In this document: in pieces, positions 11,891 to 23,591 of the stretch
Layout: the number at the start of each line of letters is the position of its first letter
Position numbering within the stretch: position 1 is the first letter of the stretch
The notes under the pieces: generated by a model
Databases searched by the model: none
Told to the model about the DNA's origin: nothing
The model's input: only the letters and a program-made list of their open reading frames with translations
Translations under genes and position numbers: made by a program
Assembly (NCBI RefSeq): GCF_001194135.2
Contig: NC_068983.1
Coordinates: forward strand, 118,016,616-118,062,545
Origin: Octopus bimaculoides
Lineage: Eukaryota
DNA length: 45,930 nucleotides
Direction: 5' to 3'

Positions 11891-12299
11891 CGCCAGTAGA
11901 TCCAATGACTACATAAAGACTTTCTTGTTGAACTGGGTTTCAATAGCTTCTGAAACTCGTTATCAATTCACCATTCGTTATTCTTTTATTCTTTTGCTGT
12001 TTTTAGTCATTGGACTACCGACTTACTTCAGCACCACTTTCAAGGGATTAATCGGTGATATTGATATTTCAATCAGGAATTTATTTTATCGAAACTTATT
12101 TGTGGAACCATTAAGTTATGGAATATAAAGGCAAAAACCATAAATTATGTCAGCTCTTAGACCCGTGTAAACTTAAATACATGCAAACTACTAATAACTT
12201 GAATATAACTATGGTAGCATGTACCATACTTTTGCTAATTGCTTTAGGTGCCTATGTAGTCACAAACAGAGGTAGACACTCTCTTGGTTGTCTCACCCT

Positions 12300-12478
12300 T
12301 ACCCCAGGGAATGTTCAGGTTGTAACAGTTGGAGATACTCATTTTTGCTAAATAGATTGGAGCAACGTGAAATTAAGTGCCTTGTTCATAGACACAACGT
12401 GCCACAGATCTAGAAATCGAACACTCGATCGTATGAACGGGAGTATAATACCCTAACTAGAAAGCTATGTGCCTACCA
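12300..12478 (-). mobile_element. SINE-C, diverged
   Basis: TGGAGCAACGTGAAATTAAGTGCCTTG..GACACAAC..AATCGAAC (B-box on minus strand). Confidence 0.7.
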
Positions 12479-12499
12479 TACATGAACTCACACATACAC

Positions 12500-12660
12500 A
12501 CATTCACATATACTCACGATGGAGTTGAGCAGAGTTTTCGTCTATCAAATTCTACTCATAAGTTATTGGTGAAAACTGGTGCTCTGCAGTGAAATTGGAT
12601 TTGAAACCACATGGTTTGAGAAGCGAGCTTTTTAACCACACAGCCAATCTTGCACCTATA
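12500..12660 (-). mobile_element. SINE-B 5' half, diverged
   Basis: Reverse complement of the SINE-B head: GAAACCACATGGTTTGAGAAGCGAGCTTTTTAACCACACAGCC. Confidence 0.7.
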
Positions 12661-12766
12661 AATAGAAACAAAATAGTTTTACAGCAGACGGCTAACTGGT
12701 TCAAACATTTAAAACTCACACTAAAATAAAGACCCAGCCGCACACTCGCGAATGTTTACATGACTT

Positions 12767-13134
12767 GTTGTTGGCACTCCGTCACTTACGACGTCGAGGG
12801 TTCCAGTTGATCCGATCAACGGAACAGCCTGCTCGTGAAATTAACGTGCAAGTGGCTGAGCAATCCACAGACACGTGTACTCTTAACGTAGTTCTCGGGG
12901 ACATTCAGCGTGACACGGCTGACTCTTTGAATTACAAGCACGACAGAAACAGGAAGTAAGAGAAAGTTGTGGTGGAAGAGTACAGCAGGGTTCGCCACCA
13001 TCCGCTGCCGGAGCCTCGTTGAGCTTTAGGTGTTTTCGCTCAATAAACACTCACAACGCCCGGTCTGGGAATCAAAACCGCGATCCTATGACCGCGAGTC
13101 CGCTGCCCTAACCACTGGGCCATTGCGCCTCCAC
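12767..13134 (-). mobile_element. SINE-A, full length, with 11-bp TSD
   Basis: Near-identical to the copies at 6897 and 30828. TSD TTACATGACTT lies at 12756-12766 and 13135-13145. Confidence 0.96.
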
Positions 13135-14543
13135 TTACATGACTTATACAGCTGAGAAATATTTAAATATCACAACTCACTGCCCATTTAGGAAAGAAAT
13201 ATTTTAAGGAAATGCAATTTAAAGCAAATGTTTTCATTTTATAACTGGTTTGAGCATAAAATTTGTCCAGATAAAGTTTTTTTAAAGTTATTTGAAAAGT
13301 TTTTTGTACAAAAAACAATTCTGATGTTCTATTTAAGATTCAATGAAGAGAAATTTAATTAAATGAACGAGATATTTTGCAGACAAATTTCCCAAACTTT
13401 TGAAGATCGACGCCGTAAAATATCTTAATTAGTGGAAATGTTAACATTGAATATTGTAGTATTTACAAATTATTAACTGAGTTTTACGTAAAATTAAAAT
13501 AGATTTGAACCAAAATAAACTTGAATTAAAATAAAACTATTTTGAAAGATTTATTTTGATTCCAGTTTATTTTCATTTATTTATATTTTAATTCAAGAGA
13601 AATTTATTTATTTGAAAATTATGTTATACAGGAAAACTTAAGTAACGATTTGTTGGAGTTAAGCATTAAAGCAATGAAATATTAAAACTTGTAAAACTTT
13701 GAACTGAAGTATTTACGAGTTAAAGTGTTTCTAAATATAATTTAGAAAAATAATTCTAAATTATCATCAAATATTAGAAAATTGATCAATTAATTTACAA
13801 AATTGCTATAAAATGATATCTTGTATTTTGCAGACTGGTGAGTTTTGCTAATTAATTGTCGCTTTTCTGCTATTGTTGTTGTTTAGACTAGGGTCTCCTA
13901 CGATAGAGATAACATTTTATCAGAGACATTCCAATCATGACCATTCCGTCTTGTTTTTTTCGGCCGTAATCTGAAACTGGTTTATCCAACGTACCCCGCT
14001 CTTTTTAAAGTCGGTAGAGTATCATTCGAAATACATTAGGCGGTTATTTACAACAATTCAACAACTATGTGGAAGTTCTCTTCAGCTTCAGCAGTACATA
14101 TAGCTATACTGACAGTATCTGACATTGTCACAGAGCTATAGATTATAAACAACTGAGCATGCTATTAAACGCCCCCAATAATTGCTTTATTGATTCCGGA
14201 CGGATAAAGTGTAAAGTCGACACTTGGCAGGATTGAAACGCAAACCACCAACAGTTGTAACTAAATACCATTAGACCTTTTGACCGTCTCTCAACCTACT
14301 TTACTAACCACCGCCCTTCATATGCTAAACTTCTAAGTAACGAATAAATTGTAAATGCAAATGTTAAGTCAATAACTGCATTTAGTACTGTAACTTCAGG
14401 TTTTGAGTTAAACATCTCAAGATCAATAAAAGTATGAGTCATTGTCGTTGCAGTTTTGCTTTGTTTTGTTTGGTGAGGGTTGGCGTGGGGGGAGGGATGG
14501 ATCTGGGTGAACTTCACAGGCCCGCCGATAAGAAGGCTACTGT

Positions 14544-14730
14544 TTATATTCTGCTGAAAGTGTTGAAAGCCGACGCTTGCAGGAAAACATGAGCCAGTAG
14601 GGAATTCCAGAAAACCAGCGTTCTGGAGAGGAGCTGAGCATAGTGGTTAGTGCGAGGCAAGGCAGGATTGGATACAACATGGATGATAAGGGAAGGTGAG
14701 ACGAGCGGGTCGAGAGTGCCTGTGTTGAGA
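14544..14730 (-). mobile_element. CR1/Jockey-group LINE ORF2 C-terminal remnant
   Basis: Translates with a frameshift to HRHSRPARLTFPYHP../LPRTNHYAQLLSRTLVFWNSLLAHVF, matching the R-x-T-R..HP..SFFPRT..WNxLP end of CR1-like ORF2. Confidence 0.55.
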
Positions 14731-16012
14731 TTGCATGAGAAAGCCCACAGACTAGTTTTCGGTACGACAGTCTGGTTAGCTATTAACGCTACATGAGTTG
14801 GGGTGGGGTTGTTTTATATTAGCCTCAGGTCAATCCTGATCAACTACAACGAGACATGAACGAAATCCCCATTGCCGAGACCATGCCAACATTTTAATTT
14901 ATCAAACGTAATATATTCAAAACTACTTTATACTATGTATCGTACTTTCATCAAGGGTTGGGGGGAAGAGTGTGAGTTGAGATAAGTTAGGTTACTGCTT
15001 CAAACTAGATCGAACGATTGTGTAAAGCAGAGATAGGCAGCTTCAGTTTGTAATGACGCACTTTTGATTTTTCACGTGGCTCACATCTATCTCACATCAT
15101 ATCTCTGCATATCTCCAGCCTGTGTTTCCCTCACTAGCAATGCATATGTAAGCAACACTTAAACAAATCGTGACAAAAATCTATCAATACGCCATCAATT
15201 GTTCAATTGCTTACAAATGTTTTCAGTTTGAAAAATTTTTTTAGAACAGATCCGAGACCCTCAGGTAACGATCTCTGTAGCCCATGTTCAAGCCGCGCTC
15301 TACTTTTTGTTTCCACTAGTAACAGGACCATTGTAATTTGTTAGCTTCTACAATTCTTTTGGATATAGCTTTCAAAAGAGAAGCTTTCAGTGGGCTGACT
15401 CAGCATACATGCACACACGTATTAAAACGAAATCAACATAATGCTTCCAAAAGCAAACGGGCAATGTGAGTCACCATTAATTCTTAACCATTATGTAGTC
15501 AAACCGATCATATCAAACCTAAATATTCTACATGTCTTGTGCTCAAACTGACCAGATCAGGCCTCTCACACCTACCCTACATTATCATTCTAAAAGTCAA
15601 CAATCGCTTCATTGAAATCTAAAAGCTATGAGATAATGCATGATTAATTCAAAACAATGTGAATAAAGAAGGATTATATTTAGCAGAATGATCTGAATGG
15701 CAAAGGGTTAAACTAATTTGTTCCTTCTTGTATCAGAGTCGTTTCTCTTATAGAAGACATATATTGTACTGATTGCTATGAAGATTTGTCACCCCTTATA
15801 GATTACGAAATTGTGTAATGCAGTAAGGACATGTAGTTAGATGTAGTAGGAAGTTCGTTTGGAGCGAGGTTTTGAGCGTCGTAAATGTCAAAAATGGTTG
15901 ATTCATGAGAATTTCATTATGATGTTGCAGCCTTCCTTCTATTTAGAATTAAGTAATCCACAACACAGAATCAAGCACGCAAATACACAACAACAGAAAT
16001 AAACCCGAATGT

Positions 16013-17214
16013 GATCGCAACATACACAGTGTGCGCGTTATGTTTATAAACTGTATTTGCTGCGCTTTTGTGTCGGCAACAGCTCCCTGGACAACGCTGA
16101 GTGTTAAAGAACACCTGAATGTCATAGGCCAGGCGGAATGTATCTATGAGTGGTAGATACCGATATTTCACGATTGTTGTGGCTTATCAATATCACGCAC
16201 TTAGTTCATCCCGAAACGAATCGAATCCTTAGCCTATGACTTATATGCAAATAAAGTGAAAACTGAATAGAGTGACAGAGGCAGTATTAATACCAAAAAG
16301 TAAAATATTCACCGCTTAAAAGTGAATGTGGCGTTAGAACACATAAATACTGCAATATTCAACAAGTGAGAAAACTTTTGTATGGATGTACAGTGCACAA
16401 ATGCACATCATAGCTATCACCAGCGGCAGACACTCAACGCTACTTCCACCACTATGACTACCAGATCACGTAATTTCGGCCTTATCTGGTAGTCCGAGCG
16501 GCGGAAGTAGCGGTGATTGTCTGCCGCTGGCAATAGCAATGATGTGCTTTTAAGCACCAAATAATCATATAAGCGTTTTCTCTCTTGTTGAATATTTCAG
16601 TATTTGTGTATTCAAACGCAACATACACTTTTAAGTGGTGAATATTTTACCTTTGAGTATTAATAATGTTTCTGTCGATCTATTTATTTTTAATAAGCAC
16701 ACTGGCCTTTAGCGACAATAGCACCTGTTTTGGCTCCGTATTTCCATGTATATCGCAAGCGCGGCAGCTACTGCTATTTCCTGCTGTTTAGTGTCTGTCA
16801 TTGAAAAGGCCAAATTTGGTCGAAATCACGTGATCTGGTAGTCTAAGCGGTGAAAGTAGCGGTAATTGTGTGCCGCCGGCAATAGATATGATGTGCTCTT
16901 ATGCTCCATATAACCATATGAAAGTTTTCTGTGTTGGTAAAAATTACAATATTTGTGTACACTAACGCAACATCCACTTTTAGTGGTGAATATTTTACCT
17001 TAGAATGAAAACTATATGCTGATGTGCTGCAGCATAGTACATGTCAAAAAATTAATTAAATTACGAATTAAATGCAGTTCTAGTAATGCAAACATTATCT
17101 CTCACATTCAGGTGTTCTTTAACACTCGGCGTTGTAAAGGAAGCTCTCCCAGACACTATCCCGCAACAAATTCGGTGTATAAGCAAAATACATACACTGT
17201 GTATATATACGATC
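16013..17214. repeat. Nested inverted repeats / foldback non-autonomous DNA element
   Basis: Outer arms of about 110 bp lie at 16013-16122 and 17104-17214. Inner arms of about 200 bp lie at ~16263-16467 and ~16485-16686, with a third copy of the inner arm at ~16818-17003. Confidence 0.85.
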
Positions 17215-17405
17215 GATAATATATATATATATATATATANNNNNNNNNNNNNNNNNNNNNNNNNNNNNNNNNNNNNNNNNNNNNNNNNNNNNNNNNNNNN
17301 NNNNNNNNNNNNNNNNNNNNNNNNNNNNNNNNNNNNNNNNNNNNNNNNNNNNNNNNNNNNNNNNNNNNNNNNNNNNNNTATATATATATATATGTATATA
17401 TATAA

Positions 17406-17479
<74 letters not shown>

Positions 17480-17559
17480 CAAAATAAGCAACAGGATATC
17501 GACTAGTAATGCAGTACAACCCGTTTCAAGCAATTCCATTTAATTGAACAATGCAATCA

Positions 17560-18750
17560 TTACATCAGACAATGGTCACTGCCGACTCTGCCGTTAAAGT
17601 CCCCCAACGGGACGAGATGTCATGCGCGTGGACTGTCTGGATGGTGCGGTCCAGCAGGTTGTAGAACGAACCCTTTACGTCGTCTTCAGATGTGAGGGTA
17701 GGGGTATATACAGAGATAAGGTATCTGTCCCGAATGAGTAGGATTCGAACAGTCATCAGGTGCTCACTGACAGCAGTTGAGACGAATCTGTGTTGGTCCA
17801 CAAGTTACGTATTGATGGCAAGGACAACTCCATGGATACGTGGTTCATTAGCATTCTTCTTCCAAAAAATGGTGTATTTGGAGCCAGTTTCTCTGATGCT
17901 GCCTTCTCCGGGAAGCCTATTCTCGCTCAAGGCTGCCGCGTCGATGCTGAAGCGGGCAAGTTCCCTGCAGACGAGGGCTGTATGTCGCTCTGGTCGATTA
18001 ATGTCACTCTTGTCCTGGAGAGTGCAGATGTTCCAGGCCCCGAAGATGAGAGGTTGTGAAACAAAGGATTTAGTAGAGTTCCGACCGCTAAGTGGGAGGT
18101 CCGCGAACCGCGGTATACTGGCCAGATCAAGCTGCCGTGTTCGATGTTTACCCAACCTTTTCTAGGGGCTTCTTCTTGAAAGGTGGGCTGCGGTAATCCT
18201 AAAGATGCCAGCCCAGTCACGAATCGAACTCCAATGTCACGACTATTCATTGGAGAGCAACCGTCTGAGATTCGCCGCCAATGTGTGGTCACGGACTAGA
18301 GGCTTCCAGCTTCCCAGACCTGCCTCCGGTGCCCACGATACCATCGACATTCGGCTTTTTGAGACAGATTAGAAAGACGAAGCCATTCACTGAGTAAATT
18401 GTTTGAGGTGATCGTGGATGTGTGATGGCCACGCGCACACACTTGGCCAGAAACTTCTCCACTGCGGCTCAAGAATTGAGACGTGCAGTCTTGATGAGGC
18501 TGGTTGCAGCGAGCTGCCGGAGTCTATCCGCCTTTGTCACGTCTGCCCGCCAGGCGTTGCCCTCTTCAGCCGGAGTCAATCCTTGGGGGCTTGAGATAGC
18601 CCTCCTCCGCTTGCTCCGCTGTTGGGGTCTTGATGTTGGTGTTTGGTCGTGTTTAGTCTGGGACCTCATCCCCCACCTTGCCTAAGACTCCAGACGATAT
18701 TGCTCTCAGAATCATCGGAACACACGAACTCTTCCAGTACGACAAGGGAC
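17560..18750 (-). mobile_element. RTE-clade LINE: 5' UTR plus APE endonuclease N-terminus, 3'-truncated
   Basis: Frameshifted peptides GAWNICTL..RPERHTALVCRELARFSIDAAALSENR..GEG..E.G..YTIFW, SVYTPTL..KGSFY and GDFNGRVGSDH. The 5' end CCTTGTCGTACTGGAAGAGTTCGTGTGTTCCGATGATTCTGAGAGC is typical of RTE elements. Confidence 0.93.
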
Positions 18751-18789
18751 GACCGTCTGAAAGAATCGGGGATACTGAAATAAGTAGAG

Positions 18790-19050
18790 AATAGGAGGTT
18801 CAATAGTAAGCTATGAAGAAGACCATATGTATAATGGCGAGAACACTATTGTAATGGCAACGTCCAGTGTGGACGATAGGGCGTTGGGAAAGTGTTAAAG
18901 GGTTGTAAACTAGATAAAGTATTCGGACAATAGCAGTATAGCATAGTGATTCAAGTATGGTGTGTGGCAGAGTAGGAGTTATACAGAGTATTAGTGGGGA
19001 AGGGGAATTATAGGGTAGAGGAGTAAAGAGATCAGGGGCAAACTGGTTAT
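18790..19050 (-). mobile_element. Possible second CR1-group 3' remnant, very degenerate
   Basis: YHYNQFAPDL..LNHYA..HFP on the minus strand; AATCACTATGCT matches AACCACTATGCT in the 14.6-kb remnant. Confidence 0.35.
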
Positions 19051-19199
19051 AATGATATCAGCGAAAGTGTAAATTCATTGGGAATAAGTCAAATATTAAG
19101 TTACCACTAGATTCGAATAGATTGAAGTATAACGAATAACGATAAAATAAAATGAAATGAAAGTAAAATAAAACAAGAACACTCAGAGAGCGCAAGCCT

Positions 19200-19796
19200 C
19201 CGCCAATTTCTTTATGATTGAGCACATGGCTCCTATAGAGAGGGGACAGTACAAGAACATACAATACAATACAATGGGGTACATAAAAACACGTATCGTA
19301 TGAAATTATGGATACAATGAAAAATGAGGATGGAATGACTTACCCTCTCCCCTCCCATAAACAAGCAGTTTCATTTTACTGTTTTTATATAAGGTTGTAC
19401 AGAGTTCAATATTCTGTCCTGTATCTTTTGGTTTTCCCATTTTTCCTTTTTTTTTAAATTTACACGAAGTCATTAATTATTCAATTCTTAAATTCCCTTC
19501 CTTACCCTCATTTATATCAAATGCTTCATTAAATCTTGAAATGCCACCACCGGTGGAAACTCATCAAAACAAAACTGTACCGGTGTCACTTCTAATTTTT
19601 CTCCAAATTAATTCCTTCAACCTTTATCCTATTTCATTTTCCAGCAGAACAGCTTTAAAAACCTTGATTTTTCTTTGTGGGTTCCAATTTAATTCTAATT
19701 ACATTCTTCATTTTCGCAATTTTTTTCTCTATCTCTACATTTTTTTTTTTTTTGTGTGTTTTCTATCATATTTCTTAATTGCNNNNNNNNNNTCGG

Positions 19797-19853
<57 letters not shown>

Positions 19854-20525
19854 CCTTCACCAGTCTCTTCTACTGTTGCTGGTATTCCTATCTCTGTATG
19901 TCTCTCATTCTTTGTTTCCATCGTCTCTCATTTTCCTTTTTCTTCTGTACTTTCTCCTCCTTGCTAGATGTTGGTAACGGTCTCTGCTTTCGCTCCTCGA
20001 CTTTGTCACTTCCATTGTTGACCTTCCATTTTTTCTCTGCTCGTTCGCATTTCCTTGTTTTCCACTCTGCGTCTCCTCTCCACTTCCCTTTTTTTTTTGC
20101 TTCCTAGGACTTTTTGGTGGTGAGTTCGTGTTACTTTTCTTCCTCTTCACCACTGTATACTGTTCTTCCATTTTTTTTTTGCTCCTCTGTGGTTGAACCC
20201 TCTTCTTCTTGATGTTCTTTCTCTAGCTCCTCCTCTTAGTGTTTCTGAGGACACTTATCTTTCATGTGTCCCCTTACGGGAAGTCTTCCTTCCACTACAA
20301 CTCTCAGCCTCGTCTCGTCCGGCAACACTAATTCCTCTGCAATTTTGTGGAGGTCTGGTAAACTGATGTGAACCAACACCTGAAGGCCGTCTCCCCACTA
20401 GATCACCTCCGTAGTTCTTGTAATTTTCAGTATTTTGGTTTCCTCCTCTGTATTATAGAGGATGGCTACCACCAGCTACGCCTAGTCAATTTCTGGGGGC
20501 GCCCTACCAACCCTAACTCTGGCCG
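19200..20525 (-). mobile_element. L1/Tx1-type LINE ORF1 remnant with basic tail and probable 3' end
   Basis: ARVRVGRAPPEID*A*LVVAIL..LVLPDETRLRVVVEGRLP-[first half of the zinc knuckle deleted]-RGHMKDKCP..YTVVKRKK, with stops and frameshifts; alignable to the 36.2-kb remnant. Confidence 0.75.
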
Positions 20526-20569
20526 AACGTAATTAGGTAGGTAGACAGGTGTGTAATTATGTTTATTAA

Positions 20570-21070
20570 AAGTCGACTTCGGCGGAATTTGAACGCAGAA
20601 CGTAAAGACGGGCGAAAAGCATTTTGTCTGTCACGCTAACGACTCTGCCAACTCGCCGCTTTAACAATCCTTTCTACTATAGGCACAAGGCCTGAAATTT
20701 GTGGGGAGGAGGTAAGTCGATCACATTGACCCTAGTACTTGACTGGTACTTAATTTATCAACCCCAAAAGGATGAAAGGCAAAGTCGACCTCGGTGGAAT
20801 TTGAACTCAGAACCTAAAGACGGATGAAATGCTGCAAAGCATTTTTCCAGCGTGCTAAAGATTTTGCCAGCTTATAGCCTTAATAATAATAATAATTCTT
20901 TCTATTATAGGCACAAGACCTGAAATTTGGTGGGAGGGGACTAGTCGATTACATCGACTCGAAAGGATGAACGGCAAAATCGACCTTGGCAGAATTTGAA
21001 CTCAAAACATCAAGCCCAACGAAATGCCATTAAATGTTTTTCCCAGCGTGCTAACGATTCCGTCATCTGG
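20570..21070 (-). mobile_element. Three SINE-E copies head-to-tail (20570-20662 partial, 20670-20875, 20897-21070)
   Basis: Repeated AAAGTCGAC(C/T)TCGG.GGAATTTGAAC core; (AAT)n spacer at 20882-20895. Confidence 0.92.
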
Positions 21071-21974
21071 CCATAAAGTTTTGTAACCATTGGTTACGTG
21101 TTTTACTGAGGCAGGCTACTAAAAAAAAAAAGGAAAACGAGAGGAAAGTGTTTGAGGTGGTGGTAAATGGTACGTACAGCTTGAAGAGCTGTTATTTTGA
21201 CGTCTCAATTTATCGCATCACTATAAACTGTCATGATATTATACAGAATAGGCATTTGAACGTATCAAAAAGTATTTTTACACTTAATTAACATAAGTGG
21301 TGTCGCAGACACGAATATCTATCCGACATCGGGAAAAAATAAATTTGACGAAAACCAAATATCGAGTACATAATGCTTTTTGTTTTCATCAATTTTTATT
21401 CAGTTAACCTAAACACTTTTATAAGAGACTGTTTTAGCTCTCATTTCATAATAGATAATAGATCATGACGTTAATGAAGTGTATCGATCCTGGTTTTATT
21501 TTATTTTATTTCATTTTCTATTTTTGTTGTTTTGTTCAGTAAGTTAGTAATTTTGGTAGATATTCTTAGTGATCATTTGTGCAGAAACTAATCCAAAGTA
21601 GCGGAAACTTTAACCATTACAATTACTATATTAGTTTCTAGATCGGTAGACTTTACAGAAAATTGTTTAGTTGAGTCAGATTGTTTGGTTGAGTCAGGAG
21701 GAATGGGATGTGCCTGTATCTTACGCAGGCCCTCTGAGACCAGCTAAATCGACCAAGTTAATGTTCCTCTTCAACAGTTGCAAGTCGGCAAAATTCTTTG
21801 CAGTGTTTATTCGCCCCTGTTTTTAGCTTTTTTTTTCATTCAGTTAAGTTTGCCATTACCCAACAATATTTAACATAAACAAGAAACTACTTAAATTATC
21901 ACTATTATTGTTACAAATTTTATTAAGAACTTATTAATTTTACTATTATTATTCCATATACGCACAACAGAGAA

Positions 21975-22290
21975 AAAAATTCTTAACTTTCTCGTCATTT
22001 GGGACTGTAAAGTCAATTACCTGGCACTTTCTATTCTCTTCGTCTACAACTGCTAAATCATACCTCATAGCTTCTGTTACTCTGTCAGTCTGAATTGTAA
22101 AATTCCACATCTTATATTTCTTCCTTTCTAACACTTTACGAGGTTTATGTTCATACCGCTATCAGTATTGTCAACCCCTAGCTTTTCTACGTAACTCCCG
22201 GCGTATTATTTTTTCCTAGGACGTCATGCCCTTTCTTGTATTCTTTCTGTGCTAGTACACAACGTTCGCTAACTATATGAGTAACACTAT
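21975..22290 (-). mobile_element. R4/Dong-like non-LTR retrotransposon C-terminus (CCHC remnant plus PD-(D/E)xK restriction-like endonuclease)
   Basis: SVTHIVSERCVLAQKEYKKGHDVLG/KII..ELRRK..RYEHKPRKVLE..KMWNFTIQTDRVTEAMRYDLAVVD..KCQVIDFTVPNDEKV. This matches the HIVSEC..LAQ.EY..RH, WYEH.P..V.E, WDF.IQTD, RPD and IID..VP blocks of R4-clade RLE elements. Confidence 0.88.
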
Positions 22291-22300
22291 TACTATTATG

Positions 22301-22333
<33 letters not shown>

Positions 22334-22492
22334 AATAATAATAATAATAATTTTACGTTCTGGTTTCAAATTCCGCCGAGATCGACTTTGCGTTTCACCC
22401 TTTCGGGATCGATAAATTAAGTACCAGTGAAACACTGGGTCGGTGTAATCGACTAGTCCCCCCACCACCACCACCACCAAATTCCAGGAAGG

Positions 22493-22542
<50 letters not shown>

Positions 22543-22555
22543 CATCATTATTATT
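22291..22555 (+). mobile_element. 5'-truncated SINE-E (22352-22492) embedded in (ATT)n/(AAT)n microsatellite
   Basis: SINE-E body ending GAAGG followed by (ATT)n, preceded by (ATT)n(AAT)n. Confidence 0.92.
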
Positions 22556-22724
22556 GAGAGAGCAGCGCACGACATCAAAGTGACATTAGGGTACAAATAT
22601 ACAAAGCCATATATATATATATATATATATATATACCCGCCTGATAAGAGTACACCAGGTACATGCATCACAACCATATGTGCGTGATATGGTGAACTCA
22701 TATCAAGTACTGCATCAAGGAAAC

Positions 22725-23591
22725 GCCGAGAAAAATGCTTAGTGGTATTTCGTCCGTCTTTATGTTCTGAGTTCAAATTCCGTCGAGGTCCACTTTCCTT
22801 ATCATGCTTTCGATGTCGATAAAATAAGTACTAGTCGGACACTGGGGGTCGATGTAATCGACTGCCTCCTCCCACAAAATTTCAGGCCTTGCGCCTATTG
22901 TAGAAAGGATAATTATTGTTATATTAGGCAGCGAGTATTAAGCAGGTACACTGGACAAAATGCTTGGCGGCATTTCCTCCACCCTTATTTTCTGAGTTCA
23001 AATCCCGCCGCAGTCGACTTTGCCTTTCATCATTGCGAAGTCAATAAAATAAGTACCAGCTGAGGAGTACTGGGGTCGATATGATCGACTTCCCCAGTCC
23101 CCCAAAATTTCAGGTCTTTTGCCTATAGCAGAAAGGAGTATTAAAGGCAGCGAGCCGGCAGAATCGTTGGCACGCCGGACAAAATCTTAACGGTATTTGG
23201 TCCGTCTTTTCGTTCAGCGTTCAAATTCCGCCGAGGTCGACTTTGCCTTTCATTCTTTCGGGGTTGATAAAATAATTACCAATTGTATACTGGGGTAGGT
23301 GTAATCGACTTACCTCTTCACTTCGAACTTTCTGACCTTCTGCCAAACTTTTAAATCAATTTTCTATTCGTTAAGGCGGCGTGCTGGCTGGACCGTTACG
23401 TTAGCACGCCGGGTAAAATGCTTAGCAGTATTTCGTGTGTGTTTAAGTTTTGAGTTCAAATTCCGCTGAGGCTGATTTTCCCCTTCATTCTTTCTGGGTC
23501 GATAAAATAGGTATCAGTTGAATACTGGGGTCGACATTATCGACTTATCCCACCACTAAAGTTGCTGACCTTGTGCCAAAATTTGAAACCA
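22725..23591 (+). mobile_element. Four SINE-E copies head-to-tail (22725-22910, 22927-23137, 23146-23358, 23377-23591)
   Basis: Each copy has B-box GTTCAAATTCC/ATCCC and GTCGACTTTGCCTTTCAT..GTCGATAAAAT. Spacers are short and AT/ATT-rich, and the copies are mutually diverged. Confidence 0.94.

Larger units (their letters stand above)
8126..12271 (+). pseudogene. Candidate decayed spliced gene: N-glycosylated laminin-G/ConA-like ectodomain plus single TM helix
   Basis: Putative exons are 8126-8218, 8854-8913 (CTAAC branch point, NAGNAG acceptor, GTATGT donor), 9245-~9420, 10296-~10490 and 12007-12271. Peptides include SLLHIYG..FHTILIQ, IGLPTYFSTTFKGLIGDIDI (LamG C-terminal-like) and TM ITMVACTILLLIALGAYVVT-NR, with many NxS/T sites. 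Frameshifts lie near 10405 and 12120, and a stop at 9411. Confidence 0.42.

Noticed and set aside
13060-13134. tRNA-like sequence with A and B boxes (also at 7210-7284 and 31140-31216)
   Set aside because: These are heads of SINE-A copies continuous with the SINE body and bounded by TSDs, not stand-alone tRNA genes.
22725-23591. Regularly spaced repeats resembling a CRISPR array
   Set aside because: The units are SINE bodies of about 200 bp with Pol III boxes and no unique spacers; the context is eukaryotic and there are no cas genes.
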